A DNA stretch of 64,000 bases from Sphyrna mokarran (lineage: Eukaryota), in assembly GCA_024679065.1 (NCBI GenBank), contig JAGIQG010000017.1, positions 32,178,001 through 32,242,000 on the forward strand. Reading direction: 5' to 3'. The notes beneath the pieces are model-generated. The model was not told where the DNA came from, made no database searches, and worked only from the letters and a program-made list of their open reading frames with translations. Position numbers and translations under genes: made by a program. Below, one piece after another: positions 36,098 through 49,928 of this stretch. Position 1 is the first letter of the stretch, and every line of letters starts with the position of its first letter.

Positions 36098-36442
36098 CAC
36101 ACCTTAAACCTGTGCCTTTAGTTTTGGATTTCAGCCTTGGGGAAAAGACCTTGGCTAGTCACCTTATCTATTGCCTTCGTGATTTTATAAGCATCTATAA
36201 GGTGACCCCTCATTCTCCAGTGATCCTGAGAAAGAAGTACTAGCCTATCCAGCCTCTCCTTAGAATTCAAATCTTCCAATCAGTAACATCTTTAAATATT
36301 GTCTGCAATATTCCAAAGGTGGGTGTACCAATGTATTCTGCGGTTGTATCATTATGTCTTAACTCCTATGTTCAAAGCTCTGAACGATGAAGGCAAGTGA
36401 AGCCAAACATCATCTTCACCACCCTGTTTGTGTGTGATGTTA
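36098..36442 (-). mobile_element. CR1 fragment nested in the Harbinger
   Basis: caccttaaacctgtgcctttagtt...tctataaggtgacccctc is homologous to CR1 at 43820-43930. Confidence 0.8.
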
Positions 36443-37799
36443 TAGACAAAGAGAAATTTGCAAGCATGCTGATCGGGAAGGAAAGGTGATGGTGATCTGG
36501 GAAGGAAAGGAATCCCTGCAAGGGTGGTGATTGGCTGGGAAGGGGAGAGCTCCATACCAATGGTGGGAGGGAAGAGGAGAATATGAGAACGGGGGTGGTG
36601 ATGTCAGTGGCAGGAGACCTCCTGGTTTACTGGAAGATCGGGGCACCTGCACAATGGCACCCCAAGAGTTCAGCAGCAGGCTCCACTGGCAAGTTTAGGC
36701 TCTGTCCCTGCCCCTTCCTAGCAAGAATTGCATCGGAGCTCTTTTTTCTTGCAACATGTGTCATAAGATTGTCGCTGACAGCTCGTCAAAAAGACTGGTG
36801 TGATTCCCTCCCATTTTCTTGTTCATTCAGGACTTAAACTTCTTTTTGTAAGATTGTACCCTTAGAACTTTTTGGGGAAAGTTCTACCCAATATCTTGAG
36901 ATTCTATATTCTAACAAGTGATTCAGATACTTTTGAATCCTCCACACACTTCTTGCATTTAAGAGCAATTTAAATCATTGAGTATTCAGTTGAAATGCTC
37001 CACTGCAGCCTCAAAAACCTAGCCCTGCTGCAGACATTATAAATTATATAAAGTGCAATGTTATTCTGCCATGACCGAACATTAGCAAACAGATTGCACA
37101 GTGTTGTTAGCCACACTCCCCGTTTTTTTGTAGAACAAAATGGCAAATAATTGGAGGCGGCAGAGTAGAACAGAGGCATTTGAGTCATTCTTGAATCTTC
37201 TCATACCTCTCTTTCTTCCTCCCACTCTCCTGCCTCATTCTGTAATATCTTTTGATTTACAAGCTGCAGTTGCGTAAACACATATCTCTATTTTTTTTTC
37301 TTCTTTTTGTACCACCGGCACCCAAGAAATGCAAGCTGGCCAGGGAGTGCAGGAACAGCAAGGCAATAGTGATGAAGATGTACTATCACTTAATTTCACA
37401 CTCAACCACCAGCTGAAATATTGAAACCCTGCATAAATTAGGGAATAGTATAGAAGTGGGATCTGCACATGGTGAGATACAGAGCACAAATGGCCTGCAG
37501 CCATTATGAAGGGGAAAGTTAATGTAAGTGCCAGCTCACTGAAGGGTAAGGTTACACCTGAATTCTTCTGTCGAGGACTCAGTCAAACATTTTGATAGTG
37601 CAGAATGTGTCTGAAGGGTAAGCACAACACAATTATTTGTGTCCTGGAAAATCTACAGGAAATGTCAAGGAGCATGGAGAAGTCCAGCATCAGTATGGCA
37701 TAAAACTTGCACAGCTTGGAGCACATCTTTGCCAGCCTGGAAATGATCAACTGCTTAAGCATATGTGGACCGAACCATAATTCAGCGTCTCATGGCCAA

Positions 37800-38830
37800 T
37801 ATTTCTACTTCCATTGCAGCACAAGCAGCTTTTAGCAGAAGTCTGAGTGCTGCAGTAGTAGATTGTGGCAAATTAATGTGCAAGGGGCTTGCAAGTACAG
37901 CAATTTGTTCTCCGATAGATTATTAAGAATGTTAAGAAATGCCTGAATGACAGTGCTGCCACAGAGCATAAACTTAATAGTATCACACATGGATGAGTAC
38001 TTCACTGACTGTCCAGCAAAGAATGCCTGGCTAGCTTGCCTTCTCTGTACTTCCTCCTTCACATGCTGCTGCTCATGCTTTGGTTCCTAAGCTGTTTGCC
38101 TTATAGTTGGTGGCAATTAAGGAATTTCCTGTCAGGAAGGCCACGTAGAGCAACATGCTGCAGGTTATGTTGCATCAGTTGGCATGGTGGATTGACGCAG
38201 AATGAAAGAATCATAACTGCTATCAGAATAGCAGGCATTGACCTGTATGATTTGTTGTCTGTGGTCATACATCAGTTGCACACTGAAAGAGGCGAATTCC
38301 TCTCAGTTCTAGGATAGTACAAAAGTGACATAAGATGCCTTGAAAGTGGTATTTGCGGTCAGAAGCTCCTGTGCCATTAGGAAGTTTGCAATGCTGGTGA
38401 TGATGAGTACTCTCTTCACCTACCTCTTTCGGGCTTAAAATGTTGAAATGTAGTTATCTTGCAATGAATAGAGAGCATCAGTAGCTTTCCTTATGCAATA
38501 TCAAACTACGAGACTTTCCACATGTATCTAGTTCCATCGAGCAAACAGCCATATGGTTAAGAACCCATTGGCATTGTCTCTTTTTCAACCATTGGTAATG
38601 CTTGCTCTGAAGTTGCAGCTATAGCTATAATGGACCTCAGATTTCAATGAAAATTTCTGAATAAAGTATAGACAAACATCTCGTACATTATTCCTGACGA
38701 AAGGTAAAGCAGGGTAATTGTTTCCAGAACACCTGAGTGGATATGGCCTTCTGCTGATGGCTTAACTCCTCTTCCTCCCCCTCACCCTTCCAATAGCATG
38801 TCCTGTTTTGTGTGCACCCTTTTAATCTTA
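37800..38830 (-). mobile_element. Degraded Harbinger transposase, convergent with the Myb remnant
   Basis: Minus-strand ISRRPYPLR (~38760) and FSVQLMYDHRQQIIQVNACYSDSSYDSFILRQS (38287-38189). Homologous to the copy at 700-2345. Confidence 0.85.
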
Positions 38831-41419
38831 TATTCATTCTCCAAATCATGGTATATTGCTAAGGACTTGACTTTGAATGCACCTATTTCTGAGAACAAGT
38901 GGCTTGTGCAGAAATCTTAAGAAATGCAAAACCTCCTTCAGCATCTACCACCTCCCTGAAGACTTTAAATAAGTGCAGAGAGCACCAAACATTTACAAAA
39001 TTGAAGAACCTGCCATAGCAAAGTAATCAGCAACTAACTTCTCAACAGTTGATGATTCTCTTAAAAATAACGCTGGTTGTAGGGTCTTCCTGCTGCTGAA
39101 CACATGTCCAACTGGGTGATGTTATGAGTGGGTGATACTTGGAGCGATGAATTCCAAAGTGGCATGCTGGTGTTAGATCAGTTCTACCCAAACAGGCATG
39201 ACTATTACAAATTTTGTATCAAAAGTGTTCCATCAATCAAAATACTTCATCTTGCAAGTAGAAGAGAGCTGCTTGAAATCTTTTCACATAGGCTGGAATG
39301 GCATCTCCTTTTGTTGAGAGTTTTAAATCACTACTTCTCCAGCCAGATAATCGATATTTGTTGCAATTCTTGAGGAAATTTTGCTGCCATAATGTTTTAA
39401 TTGTCCTAGATCAGTAGGAAATGTATCACAGAACCCATTTTATCTTCATAAATTCTAATAATTGTGCAGAATCATGTACCATTAGCATCATCCTCATCCC
39501 CTATTTGCTGCCAGGAGTAGCATAATGATGCCTTAATCATAGTGCATCAATTTCTTTTACGAGGCATCAATATTTATCATTCAGCTGTTGTGAGAGTGCA
39601 ATGTTATTGATCAAAGAGATTCATAACTTCAGTTATTTTGTAATCAGATTTCAAAACTTTTTTACTTCTTTTATATATCCAGTGTAACATAAATGCACCT
39701 CATTATAGTGTATTGTTTCCCCTGGATAAGGCTTTTAGCCAAATGATAATGCAGATTTCTATAGCTGATTCTATAACCAACACTTATTAAGCAAAGTTCC
39801 ATGTCAGGAACAGATTCAGGAAAAATGACCACGTAAAGCACTATTATATGGATTCAGTACATGAACTTAAATAAATACATGACTTAGAAATTGAACTAGT
39901 AGTAGCTCGCCCAAAGAAAAGAATAACATTTCACAGTTTGGAGATGGGATACCATGCTAGATTGGGAATAACTAATCTGCGTTGCAGGCATTTTCATTAA
40001 CTTTTATTTAAATTACCCTCCCACTGTGACAGACAATGTGGTTTTTTTTTGGGGAAAAGCTGATATTTTTGTGTAGATGTGATGGTCCCTTCAAGAACAT
40101 AGTTTCTTTTGGATATGATTTCTAATAAAACACCTATGTGACCAGATTGCCTAGGAATAAACAATAGATTAAAAAATGTCAGTAAGTTTAATTAAAGGGA
40201 TCTGATTCAGTGCTCAAGCAGTTTATGTTAGATCAAAGAACAAGCTGGCTACAGAAGAAAAAAAATCTCTCGCAAGCAAAGTTTAGTTGAAATTTTATGT
40301 GTTGGCTAAAATCTTGTTAATTGAAAGACTTCTAAGAGTGAGTTGGACTTATGGTATAACCAAGTTCAGAGGGAAAGTTTCAGATGCAAAAGTCCACAAT
40401 TAAGGAATAGTTTAACGAAGAATGAGCAGAAGGCTCTAGAAATCCCAACCCATTTATAAATCTTTAAAGCAATATTCAGATGTCACCACCTCTTCTCCAA
40501 CACACAGCACAGTTTCAGTGGATTTGGGCCATTTTTTCAATGGATATGGTTCATGCATCTCAATGTAGTTGTGAGCCAGGGTAGGGGGGAGCCCCGGTCT
40601 TGAGTAGCGGACAATTAAAAAGAAACAGCCACCTGATCCTGAAATTCCTTGAATGAGCAATCAAGTGTAGCACAGAAAAATCAAACAAATCTGTTCTATG
40701 AATGTCAACATGCTGCATTTTTTTTGGAGCTGTAGTGGTTTAGTTTGATAGCTGAGCCCATTATGAATATTTGGCTATGTTTCAAAACTTACCTCAGCAA
40801 GATGCTGTACGAACAGTTTAACAACTCAAGAATTATTGAAGTATTTCATGTGAGCTATTAGAATATTAATTAACTTTGATGTGAATAGATGTTTCTTTTT
40901 GCAACTGTATGTGGTTGACAGGATTTAACTTTGCATTGGATCTCAAGTTTTCTTTTAGTATGAATGGTTGGGCATTTTTGATTAATTTTTTTCATATCTA
41001 TTTCAAATACTTCCCATTGCTATCATATTCTCCTGTGGCCTATTCATTCTGGATATTGGGAAGTAGTTGTTGAGATTGCATGGAGAGGTCATGGGGAATG
41101 AGTGAGATTGAGAAGGAGAATGATGAGTAAAGATAATCATGATTACAATTGAGCTGATGTCAGAGTAAATGGAGGCAGACCTAGTCTGCCCACCTTGCCA
41201 TCTGTTGCTGCCTCATGTCATCATCTTGGGTTAGCCCAAATCCCATAATGAAAATCCAGAAGGAGAATCTCCTTCGTCGCAGTGGAAACTTTCCTGCTTC
41301 GCACTCATCATTTCCTAAACAAGAATCCAGTCTGTACAAAGAACAATGTTCTAAAAGTAATCAATAGACATGAAAATTAGTACTTGCAAACATTATTCAA
41401 CCTGTTAGACTTTGGTTTT

Positions 41420-42600
41420 CCTGCAACTAAATCAGTCTGGCCCATGCCTTCAATCTCCCCTCATCAATATACCAGTGAAGCATGCACCAAATCTTTTGTA
41501 GTTTCTTTATAATCTTGGGCAGAGCAGAAGCCATACGAAGCTGTGATACAACCAGAAAGAATGCTTTCTATGGTACATCTGCAGAATTTGGTGAGAGACG
41601 TAGCTGACAAGCCAAATTTCCTTAGTCTCTTGAGAAAATAGAGGCATTGGTGGGTTTTCTTAACTATAGTATCACCATGGGGATCCAGAGAGGTTGTTGT
41701 TGATCTGGACAGCTAAAAACCTGAAGTTTTCGACCATTTGTTGATGTGGACGGGACATGTTCTCCTCTATGCTTCGTGAAGTTGATGATAGTCTCCTTCA
41801 TTTTGTTAAGATTGAGGGAGAGATTCTTGTTGTTGGACCAGTTCATCAGATTCTCTATCTCATTCCTCTACTGTGTCTCGTCATTGTTTAAGATCCAACC
41901 CACTACAGTGGTGTCATCAGTAAACTTGGACGCCAAGTTGGAGAGGAATTTTGCCACACAGTCATAGGTGTATAAGGAGTTTAGAAGGCGGCTAAAAATA
42001 GAGCCTTTTGGGGCACTGGTATTGAGGATGATTGTGGGGGAAGTATTGTTGTCTATCCTTACAGCTTGCGGTCTGTCGATTAGGAAGTTCAGGATCCAGT
42101 CACAGCTGGAGGAGCTGAGCCTCAGGCCCTAGAATTTGGAGATGTTTTTTTGGAATAACAGTGTTGAAGGTCGAGTTGTAGTTAATAAATAGGAATCTAA
42201 TAATGGTGCCTTTGTTGTCTAGATGTTCCAGGGTTCAGTGCTGGGCTAGGGAAATGGTATCTGCTGTAGACCTGTTGTGGCGATAGATGAACTGTAGTGG
42301 ATCCAGACAATTTGGGAGGCTGGAATTGATTTGTGCCTTTCGAATTGCTTCATAATGATGAATTTCAGAGCCACTAGACAATAGTCATTAAGGCACTGTG
42401 CTTGGCTTTTCTTTGGCATTAGGATGATGGTCATCTTCTTGAAGCAGATAGAGACCTCAGATTGTTGTAAAGAGAGGTTGAAGATGTCTGCAAATACCCT
42501 ACCAGCTAATCAGCTCAGGATCTGTGTGCTTGTCTGGATACCCTGTCTGGACCAGTCACTTTCCATGGGTTGACCTTCGAGGAGGATGCTTTGACATTTG
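41420..42600 (-). mobile_element. Rex1/Babar LINE RT fragment
   Basis: ORFs MPKKSQAQCLNDYCLVAL..IMKQFER and WSNNKNLSLNLNKMKETIINFTK, plus KKTHQCLYFLKRLRKFGLSATSLTKFCRCTIESILSGCITA. Confidence 0.88.
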
Positions 42601-42664
42601 CAATGGTGACCTCAGATGTGGATTCATCCAAGGTTTTCAGGATGGAGGGCTTGCTCTTGCTGAT

Positions 42665-43283
42665 CATGGCATGCTTGCCTTTATAGGATGGAGTATAGAG
42701 TATAAAAACTGAAGTCTGATGTTACAGTTATATAGAATGTTGGTTAGGCCACATTTGGAGTACTGCATCCAGTTCTGGTCACCACATTACCAGAAGGATG
42801 TAGAGGCTTTGGAGGAAGTGCAGAAGAGGTTTAGCAGGATGTTGCCTGGTATGGAGGGTCTTAGCTATGAGGAGACATTGGGTAAACTGGGGTAGTTCTC
42901 CCTGGAAACTTGGAGAATGAGGGGAGACCTAATAGAGATGTATAAAATTATGAAGGGTATAGATAGGGTGAACAGTGGGAAGCTTTGCCTAAGGTCGGAG
43001 GTGATGATCACGAGGGGTCACAGGCTCAAGGTGAGAGGAGCGAGGCTTAACTCAGATATCAAAGGGATGTTTTTTACACAGATGGTGGTGGGGTCCTGGA
43101 ATGTACTGCCAAGTAGGGTGGTGGAGGTGGACACGTTGGGATCATTTAAGACTTATCTGTATAATCACATGAACAGACTGGAATGGAGGGATACAAATGA
43201 ATGGTTTCGTTGGACCAATGAGAGAGACAGGCTTGGAGGGCCGAAGGGCCTGTTTCCTGTGCTGTATTGTTCTTTCTTTGTTC
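42665..43283 (+). mobile_element. CR1 3' fragment
   Basis: [33 protein letters not shown]; ORF 42917 MRGDLIEMYKIMKGIDRV; tail gggccgaagggcctgtttcctgtgctgtattgttct. Confidence 0.92.
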
Positions 43284-43289
43284 TGTCTG

Positions 43290-43435
43290 TTGATGTGCTG
43301 GTTACTTGCATTGGCCATGCTAAATTCTCCCTCGGTATACCTGAACAGGTGCCTGTATTTGGCAACTAGAGGATTTTCACAGCAACTTTACTGCAGTGTT
43401 AATGTAAGCCTACTTGTGACACTAGTAGTAAACAA
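43290..43435 (+). mobile_element. V-SINE variant 3' part
   Basis: V-domain end cattggccatgctaaattctcc followed by a distinct tail ..gcagtgttaatgtaagcctacttgtgacac. Confidence 0.55.
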
Positions 43436-43542
43436 AATAGTCTGAAATGTAATCTTGAAATATATTTTCTGCATTATGACATAAAATGCTGAACCGTTTC
43501 ACATGATTACTGTATATTGATAAACCCTGTGTCTTGAATTGG

Positions 43543-44868
43543 AGTCATAGAATTATAGAAATTTACAGCTTGGGAACAGGCCTTTTGGCCCAATTCGTCC
43601 ATGTCGCCCTTTCTTTTTGAAAACCTTAAGCTAATTCCAATTACCTGCATTTGGCCCATACCCCTTTGTACCTATTGTACCCATGTAACTATCTAAATGT
43701 TTTCTGAAAGATAAAATTGTAACCGCCTCCATTATTAACTTTGACAGCTTGTTCCAGACATACCCCAACCTCTGTGTGAAAAAATTGCCCCTCTGGACAC
43801 TCTTGTATTTCTCCCCTCTCACCTTAAACCTGTGCCCTCTAGTTTTAATTCCCCTATCTTTGGGAAAAGATATTGACTATCTACCTTGTCTATGCCCCTC
43901 ATTATTTTATAGACCTCTATAAGGTCACCTCCACAGCCTCCTACGCTCCAGAGGAAAAAGATTCCAGTCTGTTAGTCTCTCCTTGTAACTCAATCCATCA
44001 AGTCATGGTTGCATCCTGGTAAATCTTTTCTGCACTCTTTCTAGTTTAACAATATCCTTCTCATAATTGGGTGACCCCAGAATTGCACACAGTAATCCAA
44101 GTGTGGCCTTACAAATGTCTTGTCCAACTTTACCAAGATGTCCCATCTTCTGTATTCAGTGTTCTGACTGATGAAACCAAGCATGCTGAATGCCTTCTTC
44201 ACCACTCTGTCCACCTGTGAATCCACTTTCAAGGAGCTCTGAACACATACCCCTATATCTCTTTGTTCTGTAACTCTCCCCAACGTCCTACCATTAACTG
44301 AGTAAGTCGTGCCCTGGTTTAATCTACTAAAATGCATCCCTTCGCATTTGTCTAAATTAAACTCCATCTACCATTCGTCAGCCCACTGGCCCAATTGATC
44401 AAGATCCTGTTGCAGTTGGAGATAACTTTCTTCACTGTCCAGTATGCAACCAATCTTGGTGTCTTTGCAAAGTTACTAACCATGCCTCCTATATTCTCAT
44501 GCAAATCATTAATGTGAATAATAAATAACAGTGAGCCCAGCATTCATCTCTGAGGCACATCGCTGGTCATAGGTCTCCAGTCTCAAAAACGAGTTTCTAC
44601 AACCACCCTCTGGTTTCTGTCAAGAAGCCAATTTTGTATCCATTTAGAGACCTCACTCTGGATCTTGTGAGATTTAACTTTGTGTAACAACCTATTGTAT
44701 GGTACTTTATCAAAGGCCTTGCTAAAGTCCATGTAGACAACATCAACTGCACTGCCCTCATCTATCTGCTTGGTTACCTCTTCAAAAACTCTTAAATTTG
44801 TGAGACATGATTTTCTACTCACAAAGCCATGTGGACTGTCCTTAATCTGTCCTTGTATCTCTAAATAC
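43543..44868 (-). mobile_element. 5'-truncated CR1 LINE (RT)
   Basis: ORFs 44583-44930, 44352-44543, 44041-44367 and 43631-43822 (-) contain [29 protein letters not shown] and FVRPHLDYCVQFW. Confidence 0.95.
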
Positions 44869-45087
44869 AGTATAAAGTATTTACTAGCTATTATAATATT
44901 TACTTTTTTAATTATTACAGCTGTTGGCACTTTGTCCTTGGCAAGAAAGAGTAGAGTTCATTTCCCTCAGGGATGCTCCCAATTAAAACTTGAACCCAAA
45001 GTCATTTACAAATGCTTGATGGAATAACTGTGAATTTCCCAGAAGCTGAATTGAATCTGTTAATGTTATTTTTGCTGCTTGCTCTAT

Positions 45088-45335
45088 TGTCATAGAATTC
45101 CCATGGTGAGAAGAGGCCATTCGGCCCATTGAATCTGCACTTACTGTTTGACAGTGTATCTTACCAAGGCTCTCTTTTCCGCCCGACCCTGAAACACCGT
45201 GCATTTACCAAAGCTAATCCATTTAACCTGTATATCTTGGGACATTAAAGGGCAATTTTTGCATGGTCAATCCACTTAACCTGCACAACTTTGGAATGTG
45301 TGAAGAAACTGAGCATGTGGAAGAAACCCATGAAG
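45088..45335 (-). mobile_element. HE1-type V-SINE (5'-truncated)
   Basis: The reverse complement gives gggtttcttcc..ccaaagttgtgcaggttaagtggattgaccatgc..gggccgaatggcctcttctc..ggaattctatg. Confidence 0.8.
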
Positions 45336-48300
45336 TGGGTTTGCAGTATTGCAGTATTTATTTTTTTTAAAATGTGATTATTGGATTTTTTTTGAATAAT
45401 ATAAACTCTATATATAGCATTAGAATACTGGCTACAATACCTATCACACAGAACTTATTAAACTGTTGGCAGACATACCAACAAAAACCAGCAAGTGCTG
45501 TGATTTTTGTTATCTGGACAGAAGCTCATTTGCTTATTATAGTTGAGATTGCAATGGTTTTGTTAAATTTCAAAATGCAAATCAGAATCAAATCATGCTG
45601 TTAAATCTAATTGCAGCTGGTAATTTCTTTTCATTTTTTGTGAAATTCTTGCCAGAAAACTAAGTTGCCTGGTATAATTTTAAATGCCTTTGGTAAACAA
45701 AAATATTAGATTCAGTTTAAATCTGAGATTTTAAGACTGATGAGGAATATGTGAACACTTTATCCATTCTGACACAGTAAAAGATCTGTTAGTAGAAAAT
45801 GGGTTTTCATGCATCTAGGGATCCAACTATCCAAACTGCATGCATACAGAATGATTTTATGTTTCTTTCATAAGTATTTTTATATGAATAGGTGCCTTCA
45901 GAGCACAAGTTGATGGATGAGTGCAGCAATCAGACGTGACTGGAAATTCACATTAATGCATTTTCTTTAGAATGGCAACATAATGTAGTTAAATATATTT
46001 AACCTTACTGTAATAAGACCTTGAACACACATTAACATAAAACATATCTCCTTTCTTAACACATTTTTGTAACAGTATCTGATCTTAAGCTTGTATGTTG
46101 TCTGATCATATTTTGATTTTAAGGTGAGCTTCTTCAATTGTAGTTCTCCTTTGCCATCAATACCATTTATTGATTGATGAGGCTGAGATGTAGATTAGTC
46201 TTTATGCTGTTGATTGTACTATCTTTGTTTTGTGAAGTGATAGTGCTTGTCCTACGGTGCCTTTCTTATATTTTTAATCATGTTATATTGGGTTAGGTAT
46301 TAACCCAAAGACAAGGAGGGAGTAGGACTTCTCTACGGTTGATAACATAGAAGAATGCATTTCCCAAATTTAACAATGTGACCCAGTTATTTCCCTTGCT
46401 GTCTAGTTTCCTGACCACAGCTGGTCGAATGCTGTCCTTTGGTACCTGTAGGGGAGCTAGCGATGATTGAGGATGGAGGTTGGGGAATTTTGGTACCCAG
46501 ACCCCGGGATCATTATGACTGAAGGTGATGCATAGAATAATTAGGGCATAGAGCCAGAAAATATCAGGAAATGGAGCAGATCAGATCTGTGAGGATGATC
46601 AGGGTTTCACTGATGAGCTAGGTAAAGAGACTAAGACCACATGAAAGGGATAGTAGACCTTGTGAAGGTGATTGGAAGAGTTGTGGGAGTGATGGGTGAC
46701 GTTTGAATTGGGTTGGTCAAGCATATGTACTCAATCCAAAAAAAAGTAAGTGGAAAAATGAAGCACTAGGGATTGCAAACCTACTTCCTGTGAACAACTT
46801 GATTGCTCTCCCCTATCTCATCATCATCAAATTCAAGCAAGTTAGGCTGGGATTGACACTTCCAAAATCCTACTCAAAACAATCTTTTTGTTTTTGGTAG
46901 CAAAATGTCCATGATAATCTGTTCTGATAATCTTCTACAAGCATAGTTAAGAGAACACCAAATCTAGAAATCTAACTATATACAAAAAAAAAGGAGGTTC
47001 ATGGACATATTGAAAGCATGTCAGCCATAGGGACAAACAAAGTTATGCACCAGATTGTCCCCGAAGTAAAATATGAAAAGATATTGGAATTAGTTAAAAC
47101 ATTTAATTTTTACTTTCCTATTTATCAACTGAGCATAGCATTTGCAGACCCACTTCTTCTCAGCCAGCAAATGTGAAATTGTGGTCTTGTGGCACTTGGA
47201 TGATTAAAACTGAAGCTCACAATTTATTAGATTGTGATTTTAAGATGGAGCTGTGCAAAAATGCAAACATTCAAATGCAAGTAACTGGGATTTTATTTGG
47301 TGCTGATTTGGGACATGAATATCGAACAAACGGACACAGTCCTAAAGTTTGACTATGTATGTAAGATTACAGTTGGTTGATGTTTGTCTCTTGTTTTTCT
47401 TTCCCTTGCTCCCATGTTTATTCCCTTTCCACTTCAACTATACTTTTTCCCTCTCATTTCATATCATTCCTACCTCTCTATCACTCCTATTTTTGTTCTT
47501 CTCTTTTCATACTCTGCTCAGTTTTCATTTAACCTTTATCCCATTTTTGCCTTCCTCTTATGTAGAGACAATAATATAAACTTTTTGTCTCTCTTATCTC
47601 TATTATCACTTGTAACATTATGCTGCCAGACAGGGAAACAGAAGACTTGAAAACCTGGCCTGGTAGCTTTAAGTGTTTTGTAGAGACAGAGAGAATACCA
47701 GCGAGATTAAAAAGTTAAAAGTGGGAGAGAATAGACTAGAGCCTCTGATATAATTTAGAGTATAAATGAGTCAAGCCTGCCACAAAGGTATTTGGCATTC
47801 CTATTCTGGGGAAGTCAAAGCTATGCTCTATTCTGAGATTCAGACTTTCTAATAAATTATTTTGAGATTAGCAATTCCTAACTGTTGTTTGTAGTCAATC
47901 TCTGATTACCTGGATGAGTTGTAGATTAGAGATTAGAGAATGCTGCTGATTTTGGTCAGCAAACTCAGACCCCAAAGCATAAATGATAATCCATCAAGTG
48001 CAGGTGTTTGGAATTGTTTTAATAGGTCTGCTTTTATTATTTGTCACCTTAAAAGGTGGCTTGCTTTGTATTATGGAAATTGGATTAGACAAGCGCAGGT
48101 AGTTCGTAATTGACAATGATGGCTAAATGGTATAAAATATGCAAATTTATGAGTTTATTCTAGTGCACGTTCTAAAATTAGAATGTGGAATTATGTTCCA
48201 TAAGATGCCATATATATTTGGCATGTATTTGCACATATTTTGTATATAATGACTATATTCTATTCTAAATCTGTTAAAAATTACCATTCATAAATGTTTG

Positions 48301-49826
48301 ATAATGCTTGGGCATTAAGAAAACCAAACTTTTTGAGATTTAAAGATGTAATAATTTTAAAGTTTTAAAATGCAACAATGCAAGGTAATTTGCAGATGCC
48401 TTAACCTTTTGTCCATTGTGCATTTCAGTAGTCATTTTCTTTGCAGTACAAGCTAGAGTGAGTTTGTCTTTTTTTGTAAATGAGTTCAATATACAATATT
48501 TGCACCAAGAGCCACAATTTATACTATATTTATTTTTATGTCTGAGAAAGCAACAGCTTTTGTGTATATTTATTCATTTAGAAAGCATTCATGATGGGAG
48601 TTCCCTCTGGCCTCCTGATGCTCAGTCACTAACAGCAGGGGAAAGCCTGTATCTACACTTAAACAAGATTTCTGTTAATCCTCCACAACAGTAATGTTAG
48701 TTAATTAGCAGAATATGCTAGGAAGTTTCCACTGAACTGCTTCATATGCCAAAAATCAAACACACTAATAATGGATGGTACTCAGATTGTTGTTTTTCTC
48801 AAATGTCAATTGGGTGAATTCTCACAGATATTCAAAATTACTGAAAGTAGCTTTACAAGTAGCTATTACTAATGCTGCTGATGTTGGAGGTTGTGTAATA
48901 AGGAAAATGATGTGGCTCAGATGCCAGAGCATCATGGAAAAGTTCCCCAATACATGCTTCATTTCTCCCATGAGACAAGGCAACACCAGAGCAGAAGCAA
49001 TTGAATGCTGTTTGTGCCCTTCTTTCTGCCCAGGACCTGCCAGCTCAATCCTTTTTTGGTTCTTTTTTTCTGTTAGTGGTTATGCTAAGCACTCAGACAA
49101 GTCAAATCAATCCAGAATTGCAGCTTTTACACTCTGGCCAAGTTAATATTGCAAGCCACAGTAACAACTTTAAAGTAATTGCATAAGTCAAGGTACATTT
49201 TTGTTTTATGTTAATTCCATGTTGTGGAGTCAACTACATAGAGTACATGGGGTAAATTTTACAGTACCAAGAGCCAGAAAAGAGCAAAAGACTGAAATCA
49301 GTAAAGTACCCTACAACAGTAAGGAATCAATATCTGGAAGATTCTTCTTCAAGAAGCAGTATATGAGGGTCACTTTCTAAACTTGCACCTGGCCTACAAT
49401 GTTGGCAAATGCTCCAGCAGTAAGTTGAAAATTATCCTGAAGCGTCCAGAAGATCCAACAGATCTCATTAAAACTTTGTAACTAAATCTGATGCTATCTT
49501 GTGGCATCAAATCTAAGTGACCTGAGACTAGCAGTGCCAGGGAATGTGACAGTTTTGCTGAGCATATGGGCTGGGTCCTTCCTTGATTTACATTACCAAT
49601 TTAACAGCTTTAAAAATTACTTTGCATTAATCCTAAACTTGCCTTTAAATTAACCCATTGACCTAGAGGTATTAAGCCATAGAGATTTTAAGAACCAAAT
49701 AAAAAAGAATATTTCCAGATAATAATATAATTGAAGGTGTTATGTAAAGCACATGATGGCAGTGTTCTTTTGATCTAACAGTTTTTGTTTGATCTAAAAT
49801 TGTAATTACACCTTTTTTCACCTCAG

Positions 49827-49928
49827 GGCAACTTTGTTGCTTGCATGACAGCCATCCTGAGGCAGATGGAAGATTATCATTATGCCCATTTAATCAAGAC
49901 ATATGGGAAGATGAGATCAGATGTTGTG
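49827..49928 (+). CDS. DOCK1: DOCK1 (DOCK180) internal coding exon, 102 nt, phase 0/0, region between DHR-1 and DHR-2
   Basis: The acceptor is ccttttttcacctcAG and the donor is GTaagt. It translates GNFVACMTAILRQMEDYHYAHLIKTYGKMRSDVV, nearly identical to recalled human DOCK1 GNFVACMTAILRQMEDYHYAHLIKTFGKMRTDVV. Confidence 0.95.

Noticed and set aside
45737-45760. CTGATGAG as another hammerhead or C/D-box motif (also near 46610)
   Set aside because: No stem II plus GAAA and no terminal stem, so it is consistent with a chance 7-mer.
47385-47610. Hydrophobic ORFs suggesting a membrane peptide
   Set aside because: A CT-rich low-complexity tract generates Phe/Leu/Ser-rich frames, and there is no exon evidence.
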